Source of the DNA: an uncultured delta proteobacterium
GTDB lineage: Bacteria; Myxococcota; Myxococcia; Myxococcales; Myxococcaceae
Reading direction: 5' to 3'
DNA length: 64,000 nucleotides
Assembly: GCA_963771175.1 (NCBI GenBank)
Contig: CAVYSY010000024.1
Location: 32,001 to 96,000 of the forward strand
Shown here: positions 31,559 through 41,760 of the stretch, piece by piece
Layout of the letters: every line of letters starts with the position of its first letter
Position numbering within the stretch: position 1 is the stretch's first letter
Translations under genes and position numbers: made by a program
Notes under the pieces: generated by a model
Seen by the model: the letters and a program-made list of their open reading frames with translations, nothing else
Database searches by the model: none
Told to the model about the DNA's origin: nothing

Positions 31559-32785
31559 TCAACGCTGGGCGGAGGGCTGCTGGTTCACCCGCATCACCGC
31601 CCGGTCCCCGGGGCCAATCTCCTGCAGGGACTGGACGAGGACGCAGTTGGAGGTGCGGTCCTTCACCTCGGTGACCATGCAGATGCCGATGTTCTCCGTG
31701 GGCAGCGGCGCCTTGGTCTTGCCCTTCGACGGCTCCAGCTTGAGCACCTCCTGGCGGGCGGGGTCGCCCTGGCGCGTGATGGTGAAGGTGTTGCCCACCT
31801 GGACGCCGTCGCTGCTGCCCTTGTCGATCACCAGGAACTGGTGCTCGGCGCTCATGGTGAGGTACGGCACGAGCGCGGTGACGACGAAGCCCTGGAGCTC
31901 CTTCTCGTTGCGCCGGGCCACCACCTGCTCCACCAGCTTCTCGCCGTAGGGGCCCACCAGGTCCCCGCGGGAGATGGCATCCCACGTGTCGGAGATCTGC
32001 GCGGTGACATAGTTGTCACCCAGCGCCACCACGCGCAGGGCACCGACGAAATCGGTGAGGAAGCCCACCGACTTGCCCGTCACCGGGTGCTTCACTTCCT
32101 TCACGGTGTGGAACACCACGTACCGGTCCCCGAGCTTCGCGTCCGCCTTGCGCTTGAAGCGCAGGTAGACGGTGTCCGGGGTGGACAGCATCTCCGCGCC
32201 GGTGGAGGCGCCCTCGATCCGCCCCGCCTCGTCCAGCTCTCGGCTGGTGACGAAGGCCTGCCTCATCACCGGACGCGAGGCCTTGGGCTCGTAGCCGATC
32301 TTGCCCGTGAGCTGCACCAGCGACTCGCCGTCGGAGTCCAGCTCGGTGGCCGCGGTGACATCGCCCTCGGTCACCATCTCCGCGGGGCCCACGCCCGCCT
32401 CCACCCGCGAGGGAACCTCCTCGCCTCCGGGGAAGAAGCGCACGTTGTTGCCCGGGTAGATCCAGTGCGGGTTGGCGATCTCCGGGTTGTAGGACCAGAC
32501 CTTGGGCCAGTACCAGGGGCTACCCAGGTACTTCTGCGAGAGATCCCACAGCGTGTCGCCCTTCTCCACGGTGTGGACCTCGCCAGGAGCGGACTCACGA
32601 CCGCCCTGGCCCGGGGGAATGGTGACCTTGTCGGGACGGCCGGGCTGCGGCTCGTCGACGACCTCGGAGCCCTCAGTCTCGTCACCGGCCTCGGGCGCCT
32701 CCTGGTCGTCCGCGTTCTGGGCCCACACCGCGGGCGGCGCGAGGACGGTGGCGAGAAGGAGTGAGGAGAGGATCCGCGAGCGCAT
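31559..32785 (-). CDS. tsaP: LysM peptidoglycan-binding protein, TsaP-like (type IV pilus secretin-associated)
   Basis: Signal peptide; HTVEKGDTLWDLS..YL.SPWYWP..W..NP.I.NPHWIYPG; directly upstream of dprA. Confidence 0.75.
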   Translation of the reverse strand: MRSRILSSLLLATVLAPPAVWAQNADDQEAPEAGDETEGSEVVDEPQPGRPDKVTIPPGQGGRESAPGEVHTVEKGDTLWDLSQKYLGSPWYWPKVWSYNPEIANPHWIYPGNNVRFFPGGEEVPSRVEAGVGPAEMVTEGDVTAATELDSDGESLVQLTGKIGYEPKASRPVMRQAFVTSRELDEAGRIEGASTGAEMLSTPDTVYLRFKRKADAKLGDRYVVFHTVKEVKHPVTGKSVGFLTDFVGALRVVALGDNYVTAQISDTWDAISRGDLVGPYGEKLVEQVVARRNEKELQGFVVTALVPYLTMSAEHQFLVIDKGSSDGVQVGNTFTITRQGDPARQEVLKLEPSKGKTKAPLPTENIGICMVTEVKDRTSNCVLVQSLQEIGPGDRAVMRVNQQPSAQR

Positions 32786-32807
32786 CGGATGACTTCCTTT
32801 CGGACTG

Positions 32808-33626
32808 CTAGTGCGAGAGGGACGCGAGCCGCTGCTCCGCCTGCGTGGCGGCGGCCGTCCCCGGGAACTGGGTGAGAATGCGGGTATAGAGCGCCCGCGC
32901 ATCGTCTTTCTGGTTGAGCCGCAGCCGGCACTCGGCCAGCCGGAGCATGCCATCCAGCACGGCATCTCCGGCCGGGTAGCTCTCGATGAGGCGCTCGAAG
33001 GACTTCGCCGCGGCGGCGTGGTCCTTCAGCCCCATCTGCCCGAGCCCGCCGAAATAGAGGGCATTGTCCGCGCGGGGGTGACGGGGGTTGTCCTCGGCGA
33101 AGCGCAACAGGCGCGCCACCCCACCCTCCACGTTGCCGGTGCGCAGCGCCGCCACCGCCTGGTCGAACTCGGCGTCCAACACGGTGGTGTCGAGCTGCTC
33201 CTTCGGCTCGGCGTCGTCCGAGGCACTGGCGCCGCCGCCCTCGGGCGCGGGGCTGATGAACATCTCCATGTCATCGGGCGCGGGCTCGACGACGGCGACC
33301 CGGGTGGGCAGAGGGGGCGCGGGCTCGTTGCGCGGCTTGAGCTTCACCACCGTCAGCTCGGGCGTGGCGAAGTCCTTCTCGGGCGCGGGCGCGGCGGCGG
33401 AGGACTCCCGAGCCGGCGCGGCGGCGGCGCGGGCCTGGGTCACGCTGGCATGCAGCTCCAGGCGCTCGAGGCGCTTCTCCAGACGCCCCTGGGTCTCGCG
33501 CATGGCACGCACCTCGGCCTTGAGCTCCACCAGCTCCGACGAGTGGGCGGAGCCCGTCGTGGAACAGGCGGACAGCGCGCAGAGGGGCGCGATGGCAAGC
33601 AGTCTGCGGATGATACGGCGCTCCAA
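32808..33626 (-). CDS. TPR lipoprotein, CpoB/YbgF-like
   Basis: Lipobox LSAC; N-terminal coiled coil; C-terminal TPRs (HPRADNALYF..YP.G..). Confidence 0.8.
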   Translation of the reverse strand: MERRIIRRLLAIAPLCALSACSTTGSAHSSELVELKAEVRAMRETQGRLEKRLERLELHASVTQARAAAAPARESSAAAPAPEKDFATPELTVVKLKPRNEPAPPLPTRVAVVEPAPDDMEMFISPAPEGGGASASDDAEPKEQLDTTVLDAEFDQAVAALRTGNVEGGVARLLRFAEDNPRHPRADNALYFGGLGQMGLKDHAAAAKSFERLIESYPAGDAVLDGMLRLAECRLRLNQKDDARALYTRILTQFPGTAAATQAEQRLASLSH

Positions 33627-33699
33627 CAGGGCCTCGGGGGTTCCCTATGAGGATAGGAAGGGCTGTCGGAGACCGTCAAGAAATCGGCCCGGACGCCGA

Positions 33700-34470
33700 T
33701 CAGAACCGGTGCACCACGAAGTTGAGGTGACGGCCCGTGAGTCCCGCGTCACGCCGGTGGGAGAAGAATCGGCCCCCATCGCACGCCGTGCAGTCGGGGA
33801 GCACGTCCACGTGGGCCGCCTTCAGCCCCGCGCCCAGCAGCGTGTCACGCACTGCCCGTGAGAGGTCCAGCTTCACCTCCCCGCCCTCGCGGGCCACCAC
33901 CTCCGACCCGAAGCCGCGGGTGAAGCGCTCGCCCAGGTCCTCGGAGACGACGTAGCAGCAGCGCTGGATGCAGGGGCCCACCGCCGCCAGCAGCCGCTCG
34001 GGCCGGGCGCCCCGGGCCGCCAGCGACTCCACCGCCCGCGCCACGATGCGCGCATCCGTGCCCCGCCACCCCGAGTGGACCGCCGCCACCCGCCTACCTT
34101 CCGGGTCCACCAGCAGTACGGGTACGCAGTCCGCCGTCCCCACCGCCACCCAGTGCTCCGGCCGCTCCGTCCACAGCGCGTCCGCCTCGCCCGCCTGTGG
34201 CCGCAGCCCCCCCGTCCCCTCACCTGCCCCCACCTCTACCACCCGGTCCCCATGCACCTGCTTCACCGTGTGCAGCGCATCGAGCGCCGAGCCCACCGCC
34301 CCGGCCAGCCGGCGATGGTTCTCTTCCACCCGCTCTCGCAGGTCACCCACCGCGAAGCCCAGATTGAGCGAGGCATAAGGCCCCTCCGACACCCCTCCGG
34401 CGCGCGTGGCGAAGCCGTGAGGGACGGGGAGCAGAGAGGAGAGCACGAAGGACGGGAGCTGGGGGGGCAT
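33700..34470 (-). CDS. pgeF: YfiH/PgeF family protein
   Basis: TRAGGVS, SLNLG, QVHG, TADCVPVLL, HSGWRG, FFSHRR. Confidence 0.93.
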   Translation of the reverse strand: MPPQLPSFVLSSLLPVPHGFATRAGGVSEGPYASLNLGFAVGDLRERVEENHRRLAGAVGSALDALHTVKQVHGDRVVEVGAGEGTGGLRPQAGEADALWTERPEHWVAVGTADCVPVLLVDPEGRRVAAVHSGWRGTDARIVARAVESLAARGARPERLLAAVGPCIQRCCYVVSEDLGERFTRGFGSEVVAREGGEVKLDLSRAVRDTLLGAGLKAAHVDVLPDCTACDGGRFFSHRRDAGLTGRHLNFVVHRF

Positions 34471-34641
34471 GGGCGTCTCCAGAACGGGACAGGCTACGCG
34501 GCGCGTCAGGCAACTTCTACGTCTTCGGCACCGAATATTTTCTAACGGAGTCCGTTTGACAGCGTGCGTCAGCCGATCTGACAATTCATGAACTACAAGG
34601 GGCATGACGGCATCGGGCCGACGGCCCTTGCCTCCAACGAC

Positions 34642-36555
34642 ATGGCATCGGGTCTCGACACCGTAGGCAGGAAGCTCCTGTGGAGCGTCGCCCTGCCCGG
34701 GCTGCTCGCGGCCCTGTTCGGGGTGGGCTACTTCTGGCGTGAGGCGCGACTGGCGGCGCGGGATGCCACTCACGACGAGTCGCTGGTGCTCGCCGAGTTC
34801 GTCGGCTCCACCTTCCGGTTGCCGGCTCCCGAGGGCACGCCAGCCCACTCCCCCGTCACCGAGCTGCTGAGCTCGGACGCCCGGCTCCTGCGCTCCGCGG
34901 GGGAGTTGCACGTGCTGTCGCCGGACGGCCGCATCCGCTGGTCCCTCAAGCCCGAAGAGGTAGGCACGCGCCACCCCGAGGCCGAGCGCATCGTGGCGCC
35001 CGGCCCCCAGACGACCCACTCGGATCCGCGCCAGACGGAGGTCATCCGCCCGCTCGGCGAGAAGGCCTGCGAGGGCTGCCACGCGGGCGCCGAGTCGACG
35101 CGCCTGGGGGTGCTGCACCTGCGCATGGCCGAGCCGGAGGTGCACCGCGAGCTCACCGCGGTGCTCGGCGTCGCGCTGGCCACGGTGCTGGTTCTAGGCA
35201 CCATCCTGATGTTCGCCACGGGGCTGTCGCTGCACCTGTTCCTCGCGCGTCCCCTGAACCGGCTGGCGTCCGCCATGCGCCGCGCCGAGGAGGGAGACTT
35301 CCTGGTGCGCGCCGAGGTGCGCGGCACGGATGAGATCTCCCGGCTCGCCGCGGCCTTCAACGCCATGCTGGCGCGCATCACCTCCATGAAGGCCGAGGAG
35401 ATCGACACCCACCGGGATCTCCAGGTGACGAAGTGGAAGCTGTCCCTCAAGGAGGAGCTGGAGGAGCGCATCGCCGAGCTGGCGCTGCTCTTCGACGTGG
35501 CGCGCTCGGTCAACTCCACCATCGAGCTGTCGGAGCTGCTCGCGCGCATCACCGAGCTGCTGCCCGAGCGGCTCCACATCCCGGACTTCACCATCCTGCT
35601 CGTCAACACGGACGGGCTGCTGGAGGTGAAGAGCACCTTCCCGGCGAACCCGAAGCTGGAGGGAATCACCTTCCAGTTCGGCGAGGGCGCCAGCGGGCGA
35701 GCGGCGGAGCTACACCGGGTGGTGTACGTGCCGGACATCACCGACCCCTCGAGCATCTTCGCCCGGCACCGGCTGCTGCCGGGGCACGACAGCGGCGCGC
35801 TGCTGTGCATCCCCATGGTGCACATGGAGTCGGTGCTGGGGGTGCTCACCTTCCGGCGCCCGGAGGTGGCCAGCTTCGCCCCCGAGGAGCTGGAGCTGCT
35901 CGCCGCGGTGGCCGACCAGGCCGCCACGGCGGTGAAGAACGCCATGCTCCACGCCGAGGCGGTGAAGCTCACCATGACGGACCCGCTCACCGGGGTGCCC
36001 AACCGCCGTCACCTCTTCGCGAGGCTGGAGCTGGAAGTGGCGCGCGCGCAGCGCTTCGGCACGCCACTGTCCATCCTCATGGTGGACATCGACCACTTCA
36101 AGAAGCTCAACGACGCCGCGGGCCACCGCGCCGGTGACGAGGCGCTGCGCAAGGTGTGCGACGTGCTCAGCGCCCGCGTGCGCAAGGTGGACACGCTCGC
36201 GCGCTACGGCGGCGAGGAGTTCATGCTGGTGCTGTCCAACGTGTCCAAGGCCGATGCCTACGAGGTGGCCGAGAAGCTGCGGCGCGCCGTGGTGGAGGCT
36301 CCCCAGCTCGCCGCCCCCACCCAGCCCGGTGGCCACATCACCGTCTCCATCGGCGTGGCCACCATCCCCAACGACGCCACCACCCAGGACAACCTGGTGG
36401 ACTGCGCCGACTCCGCCCTCTACGCCAGCAAGCGCGCCGGGCGGAACAGCGTCACCGCCTACGCGCCCGGCATGGAGCAGCACCCGGGACGCGAGCGCGG
36501 ACTCTCGCGTCCCACGGATCCCTCCGCCCCGACTCCCAGCGTGGCCAAGGCCTGA
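34642..36555 (+). CDS. Membrane diguanylate cyclase (TM-periplasmic CxxCH-TM-HAMP-GAF-GGDEF)
   Basis: Two TMs; CEGCH; DEISRLA.AFN HAMP; GAF; DPLTG, DIDHFK.LND, RKVD I-site, RYGGEEF; start could be 34588. Confidence 0.92.
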   Translation: MASGLDTVGRKLLWSVALPGLLAALFGVGYFWREARLAARDATHDESLVLAEFVGSTFRLPAPEGTPAHSPVTELLSSDARLLRSAGELHVLSPDGRIRWSLKPEEVGTRHPEAERIVAPGPQTTHSDPRQTEVIRPLGEKACEGCHAGAESTRLGVLHLRMAEPEVHRELTAVLGVALATVLVLGTILMFATGLSLHLFLARPLNRLASAMRRAEEGDFLVRAEVRGTDEISRLAAAFNAMLARITSMKAEEIDTHRDLQVTKWKLSLKEELEERIAELALLFDVARSVNSTIELSELLARITELLPERLHIPDFTILLVNTDGLLEVKSTFPANPKLEGITFQFGEGASGRAAELHRVVYVPDITDPSSIFARHRLLPGHDSGALLCIPMVHMESVLGVLTFRRPEVASFAPEELELLAAVADQAATAVKNAMLHAEAVKLTMTDPLTGVPNRRHLFARLELEVARAQRFGTPLSILMVDIDHFKKLNDAAGHRAGDEALRKVCDVLSARVRKVDTLARYGGEEFMLVLSNVSKADAYEVAEKLRRAVVEAPQLAAPTQPGGHITVSIGVATIPNDATTQDNLVDCADSALYASKRAGRNSVTAYAPGMEQHPGRERGLSRPTDPSAPTPSVAKA

Positions 36556-36585
36556 GTCACCCCAGGGCCCCGGCCACCGGGTCGC

Positions 36586-38040
36586 TCACGGGATGCGCAG
36601 GGCTCGCAGGAAGCGCCCGCTGCGTGGCACCTCCACGCGCAACAGCAACGTGCTGCCCGCCTGCGCCTTGCGGATGAGCTTCGCCAGCTCCTCCGCGCTG
36701 CGCACCGGCTTGCGATCCACCTCCACCACGACCATGCCCGGCTCCAGCTCCGCGCGCTCCGCCGGCGAGCCCGGCAGCACGTCCGTCACCAGCGCGCCCT
36801 GAGCGGACTGCAGCCCCGCGCGCTCGCTCATCCGCGGGTCCACGTTGCTCAGCGACACGCCCACGCGCGCCTTGGAGGACTGCTCGGGCTCGTTGCTCCG
36901 CTTCTGGCGCAGGCCCAGTCCCTCCAGGTCCGGACGCGTCCCGAGCTGCACCTTCAGCTCCTGCCGCTTGCCCTCGCGGAAGAGCTCCAACGTCGAGGTG
37001 CTCCCCGGCTTCTTCAACGCCACCGTGCGGGTGAGCTCGCCATCCGAGCCCACCTTCTGCCCGTCGATGGCCACGATGACGTCATCCGTCTTCAGGCCAG
37101 CCTTCGACGCCGGGGAGTTCTCGTTCACCGAGGACACGATGGCTCCGCTCGCCACCGGCAGCGCCAGCGCCTTGGCCAGGTCCTTCGTCAGATCCTGGAT
37201 ACCGATGCCCAGCCACGCCCGGGTGACGGCGCCATCCTTCTCCAGTTGCGGCACGAGCGCCTTCACCAGGTTGCTCGGCACCGCGAAGCCGATGCCCGTG
37301 CCCCCGCCCACGATGGCGGTGTTGATGCCCACCACCTCGCCCTTCATGTTGAAGAGCGGACCGCCCGAGTTGCCTGGGTTGATGGCGGCATCCGTCTGGA
37401 GGAAGTCGTCGTAGGGGCCCGAGTGGATGTCCCGGGCGCGCGCCGAGATGATGCCGCTGCTCACGCTGGAGGCCAGCCCGAACGGGTTGCCAATGGCCAG
37501 CACCCAGTCACCCACGCGCAGCGCGTTCGAGTCTCCCAGCTTCACCGTGGGCAGGGACTCCACCTTGCCCTTGAGCCGGAGGAGGGCCACGTCGGTGAGC
37601 GGATCCCTCCCGAGGATCTCCGCGTCGAAGCTGCGCCCGTCATCCATGCGGACGCGGATGGACATCGCGCCCTCGATGACGTGGTTGTTGGTCAACACCA
37701 GCCCCTTGGAATCGATGATGAAGCCCGAGCCCGAGCCCTGGCGGATGGGCTCGCGCCGCTGCTGGCCCCGGCCTCCGCCGCCGAAGAAGCGGTCCACGAA
37801 GGGGTTCTCCCCCTGCCCCATCTCGGACGTGGAGGCCTTGGCCTGCACATCCACGTTGACGACGGCGCCCTTCACCGATTCCACCAGCGGGGCGAGCGAA
37901 GGCAGGGCCTGCGATTCCCGGGTGGCCGGCTGGAGGGGGGTGTTCTCGGTGGCCGCCGTCTGGGCGGTCGCCAGCATGGGCAACGACAGAAGGAGAGCGC
38001 CAGCGAGGGCGCTCCGCGGAGGGGTCAGTCGCTTGATCAT
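36586..38040 (-). CDS. DegP/DegQ (HtrA) serine protease with two PDZ domains
   Basis: Signal peptide; GSGFII, TNNHV, DVALL, DAAINPGNSGGPL. Confidence 0.94.
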   Translation of the reverse strand: MIKRLTPPRSALAGALLLSLPMLATAQTAATENTPLQPATRESQALPSLAPLVESVKGAVVNVDVQAKASTSEMGQGENPFVDRFFGGGGRGQQRREPIRQGSGSGFIIDSKGLVLTNNHVIEGAMSIRVRMDDGRSFDAEILGRDPLTDVALLRLKGKVESLPTVKLGDSNALRVGDWVLAIGNPFGLASSVSSGIISARARDIHSGPYDDFLQTDAAINPGNSGGPLFNMKGEVVGINTAIVGGGTGIGFAVPSNLVKALVPQLEKDGAVTRAWLGIGIQDLTKDLAKALALPVASGAIVSSVNENSPASKAGLKTDDVIVAIDGQKVGSDGELTRTVALKKPGSTSTLELFREGKRQELKVQLGTRPDLEGLGLRQKRSNEPEQSSKARVGVSLSNVDPRMSERAGLQSAQGALVTDVLPGSPAERAELEPGMVVVEVDRKPVRSAEELAKLIRKAQAGSTLLLRVEVPRSGRFLRALRIP

Positions 38041-38160
38041 GATGTCTCCCCAGATAAGACGGAAACACTGACAGGCAAGGCGTACCCGCCCCGCCTGCAC
38101 GGCTGGGAAACACTGGAGCCGCCCGACTCTTCCCGAGAAGGATGGGGGGAGTTGTGGGTG

Positions 38161-40158
38161 CTACGCGCCCAGCAGCAGGGCGAGCGCCCCGGACTGGCCC
38201 GATTCGAGGGCGAAGAGGAGCCGCTCACGCAGCACCTTCAGCTCCTCGTAGCCCATCTCCACCGCGCGCCCGTGGGCGACCGGGTCGCGCAGGCGCTCCT
38301 TGGCCTGGGTGACGAAGTCGGCCAGCACGTCGAGCAGGCGCCCCGGTAGCGGGTAACGTTCACCCAAGAACGCTTGGAAGGCGCGCAGGTAGGGCTCCTC
38401 GCGTCGCTGGAGGACGCGCGCCACCTCGCCCAGGGACGGAGCACGGCCGGGCCGCTCCGGGTCGAAGGCCGCGGCGAAGTTGTCGAAGTACTCCACCTTC
38501 CGGCCGCGCTTCTCGCGCGTGGCGGCCTGGAGGAAGTCCTTGAGCTGCCCCTGGGCCACGAGCCACTCGCGGAAGCGCTCCACGAAGAGGATGTTCAGCG
38601 CGCGCTCCAGGGCTCCCGCGTACAGCACCGCCACCGCCGCCGCGGGCAGCTCCGTGTAGAGGGCCTTCTGGTACGTCCGCTCCGCCACCATCACCGCCTG
38701 CAGCAGCGGCGGCGGGCACGAGGCCAGCGTCATCCCCAGCCCCCGCTCCACGTTCTCGCGCGCCTTGGCGTCGATCTCCGCCTCGCGCTGCTCCAATTCC
38801 TCGCGCGTGCGCCGGGCCTGCTCCGCGCGAGCATCGGCCTGCGCCGCCCGCGCCTCCTCCTCCGCCCGACGCGCCTTCTCCTCGGACTGGGCCTGGGCCG
38901 CCCGGAGCGACTCCAGCTCGCGGCGCAGCGCCTCCACCTCGCTCTCGCGGGCCATGAAGCGCCGACGCAAGGCCTCGGACTCGGCCTTGGCCGCCTCCAC
39001 CTGCGCCTCCACGTTGGCCTGCAACTGCGTGCGCCACGCCTCCCGCCGCCGCGTCAGCTCCAGGCCCCGCTTCGCCTCGGGGTCCTCCGCGTCGATCTCG
39101 AGCGCTTCCTGGAAGGACTGCTCCGCGAGCTCGAAGTTGCCCTCCTCCGCCGCCAGGTGCCCCACGTCCACCAGCATCTGGACCCCCAGCCGCCCGTGCG
39201 CCTCCGGGTGCTGCGCGGCCCGAGACAATGCCTGGCGCGCCTCCTCACGCCTCCCCAGCAACCGCAGCGCACGAACCCGGGTGGCCTCCAGCTCGAAGCC
39301 GAAGCCCTTGTAGTTCTCGCCGGGCGCCTCGCTCGCGGCCTCCAGGTGCGCCAGCGCGTCCTCCGGTCGGTTGCGGAGGTTGGCGATCTGCGCGAAGAGG
39401 AGCCGATCCTCCGCCGTGGGCCCGGTGCTCAGCCGCTCGGTGATGAGCTGATCGCACAGCCCCGGCTCCCCGGCGAGCTGGGCGGCGTAGGCCATGTGCC
39501 CGAGCTGCTCCGGGGCCAGGGCCCCCGTCTCGCGAAGCTCCTTCAATGACGCCAGCGCGGACGCGGACTGGTTCTGGAAGAGGAGGCAATCGGCCAGCAG
39601 GGCCTTCGCCTCCCACCGCGTCTGCGCGGACGCGTCGCTGTCGAGGAGGCTCCGGCACATGTTGGCCGCTTCCTCGTAGCGACCCAGCCGGGCGCGGGCG
39701 CGGGCCAACATCACCTTCGCCTCGGGTCCACCGCCCGCCGCCACCGCCCGCGAGAGGGCGCGCTCGGCGGCGGTGTAGCGATCCAGCCGCACCAGGGCGT
39801 AGCCGTACTGCACGAGCACCAGCGGCGGCAGCCCCTTCAGGTCGAGATGGCCCATCAGCTCCACCGCTTCCTCGAAGCGGTCCTGGCGGATGAGCACCAG
39901 CCCGATGCGGGCCATCAGGTCGCGGTTGCCGGGGAAGCGCGCCAGGCCTTCCCGGTAGGCGGAGGCCGCCGTGTCGTACTCGCCCCGGCCCAGGTGGACG
40001 TCACCCAGCGACATGGCCACATCCGGCCGACCCAGGCTGTCATGGGCCACCAGGTCGCGGAGGATCTTCTCGGCCTCGCTGAACTCCTCGCGGGCCAGCA
40101 GGGTGCGGGCCCGTTCGTAGAGCTTGAAGGCTTTGTGCTTGGGCAGCGTGGGACTCAC
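38161..40158 (-). CDS. TPR repeat + coiled-coil protein with possible C-terminal HEPN-like domain
   Basis: Multiple TPR-like repeats; EK-rich coil; ALERAL..SLGEV..LRDPVAH. Confidence 0.75.
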   Translation of the reverse strand: MSPTLPKHKAFKLYERARTLLAREEFSEAEKILRDLVAHDSLGRPDVAMSLGDVHLGRGEYDTAASAYREGLARFPGNRDLMARIGLVLIRQDRFEEAVELMGHLDLKGLPPLVLVQYGYALVRLDRYTAAERALSRAVAAGGGPEAKVMLARARARLGRYEEAANMCRSLLDSDASAQTRWEAKALLADCLLFQNQSASALASLKELRETGALAPEQLGHMAYAAQLAGEPGLCDQLITERLSTGPTAEDRLLFAQIANLRNRPEDALAHLEAASEAPGENYKGFGFELEATRVRALRLLGRREEARQALSRAAQHPEAHGRLGVQMLVDVGHLAAEEGNFELAEQSFQEALEIDAEDPEAKRGLELTRRREAWRTQLQANVEAQVEAAKAESEALRRRFMARESEVEALRRELESLRAAQAQSEEKARRAEEEARAAQADARAEQARRTREELEQREAEIDAKARENVERGLGMTLASCPPPLLQAVMVAERTYQKALYTELPAAAVAVLYAGALERALNILFVERFREWLVAQGQLKDFLQAATREKRGRKVEYFDNFAAAFDPERPGRAPSLGEVARVLQRREEPYLRAFQAFLGERYPLPGRLLDVLADFVTQAKERLRDPVAHGRAVEMGYEELKVLRERLLFALESGQSGALALLLGA

Positions 40159-41748
40159 TCAACCCGGACGGTAAACCCGATAGTCGATCTCGGGGAAGAT
40201 GTTGTTCTTGCTCTCGATGTGGGACAGCCAGCCCTCATCGATATTCCCGCCCCGGAGCTCCTCGTGCAGGCGCTGGAAGCGCAGCAGGTGCTCCTGGGTC
40301 CGGCGCACGGCGTAGTCCACCATGGTTCCGGTCTTCATGATGAACGCCCAGTCCGAGGACTGCGCCAGCAGGAGCTCGCGCGCGGCCTGGTTGAGCGCCC
40401 GCCGATGGAGCGTGGAGGCATCCGGGTAGTCCTTGGCCAGGGCCACCATCTGCCGGGAGCAGTGGTTCAGGTGCCGGTAGATCCAGTCGTTGGAGCCGTC
40501 CAGCCACATGTTGGCGTAGCCGCCCGCGCCCCAGGAGCTCAGGGGCGGAGTGGCCACCTGGTTCTCCGGGTGCTCGGCCAGGTCGTCCGAGGCCGTCACC
40601 AGTTGGAAGGTCTTCTGGTCGAAGGCCGCCTTGCGGATGAGGGCGTCGAGGAACCACGGGCCCTCGAACCACCAGTGGCCGTAGAGCTCGGCGTCGTAGG
40701 GAGCCACCACCACCGGCTTGCGGCCGCCCATCTTCCCCGAGAGCCACTCGAACTGCTTCTCGCGGTTGAAGAGGAAGTTGCCCGCGTGGGTGGCGGCCCG
40801 CTCGCGCGCGACATCCGGATCATAGGGCTGCTTGCCCTGCGTCTTGCCGGTGATCCGGTAGTACTTGAAGCCGGTGTTCTTGCGATCCCCGGTGGGCTGG
40901 ATGAAGGGCCGGATGTAGTCCAGGTCCAGGTCCCAGCCGATGTCCCGGTAGAACTCGCGGTAGACGGGGTCGCCGGGGTAGCCGAACTCGGAGCTCCACA
41001 CCTGCTGGCTGCTCTCGGGATCTCTCGCGTACGCGGCCACGCCCGCCTCCGTGTAGACGGGAGCGAAGGGCCCGTGCAGCGGCCGGGGCGTGGCATCCGT
41101 GAGGCCGTGGGTGTCCACGAAGAAGTAGCGGATGCGCTCGGCCGCGAGGAACTTCTCCACCCCGGGGTAGTAGCCGCACTCGGCCAGCCAGATGCCCGGC
41201 GCGTCCCGGCCGAAGGTGAGCCGGTAGTGGCTGGCGGCCACGGAGATCTGCGCGCGCACCGCCTCGGGCGTCTGCTGCATCAGCGGCAGGAAGCCGTGGG
41301 TGGCGTTGCAGGTGAGGATCTCCAGGTGCCCCTCGTCCTGGAGCCGGCGGAAGGCGCCCACCAGGTCGCGCTTGTAGCGCTCGCGGAAGGCGCCGCGCAG
41401 GGACTCGAAGTGGTCCCGGTAGAAGTGCGCCAGCCGACTGAAGACCGGCTCATTCCGGGTGCGATGGACCTCGCGTGCCCCCAGCTCGCAGAGCTGATCC
41501 AGCCTTTGCGCGTAGCGGCCCATGAGCAGCTCGTCGCGCAGCATGGTGACGAGCGTGGGGGTGAGCGTCATCGTCACCCGGAAGGGGACCTTCTCCTCGG
41601 CCAGCCGGTCGAAGACGAGCAGCAGGGGAAGGTACGTCTCGGAGATGGCCTCGTAGAGCCAGTCCTCCTCGAGGAAGTCCGGGTACTCGGGATGACGGAC
41701 GAACGGCAGGTGGGCGTGCAGAACGATGGCGAGCGATCCGATGCTCAT
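40159..41748 (-). CDS. Glycoside hydrolase family 57 (DUF1957) alpha-glucan branching enzyme
   Basis: HAHLPFVRH, ETYLPL, GIWLAECGY, YDAELYGHWWFEG, AQSSDWAF. Confidence 0.93.
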   Translation of the reverse strand: MSIGSLAIVLHAHLPFVRHPEYPDFLEEDWLYEAISETYLPLLLVFDRLAEEKVPFRVTMTLTPTLVTMLRDELLMGRYAQRLDQLCELGAREVHRTRNEPVFSRLAHFYRDHFESLRGAFRERYKRDLVGAFRRLQDEGHLEILTCNATHGFLPLMQQTPEAVRAQISVAASHYRLTFGRDAPGIWLAECGYYPGVEKFLAAERIRYFFVDTHGLTDATPRPLHGPFAPVYTEAGVAAYARDPESSQQVWSSEFGYPGDPVYREFYRDIGWDLDLDYIRPFIQPTGDRKNTGFKYYRITGKTQGKQPYDPDVARERAATHAGNFLFNREKQFEWLSGKMGGRKPVVVAPYDAELYGHWWFEGPWFLDALIRKAAFDQKTFQLVTASDDLAEHPENQVATPPLSSWGAGGYANMWLDGSNDWIYRHLNHCSRQMVALAKDYPDASTLHRRALNQAARELLLAQSSDWAFIMKTGTMVDYAVRRTQEHLLRFQRLHEELRGGNIDEGWLSHIESKNNIFPEIDYRVYRPG

Positions 41749-41760
41749 GTCATCCCCCTC

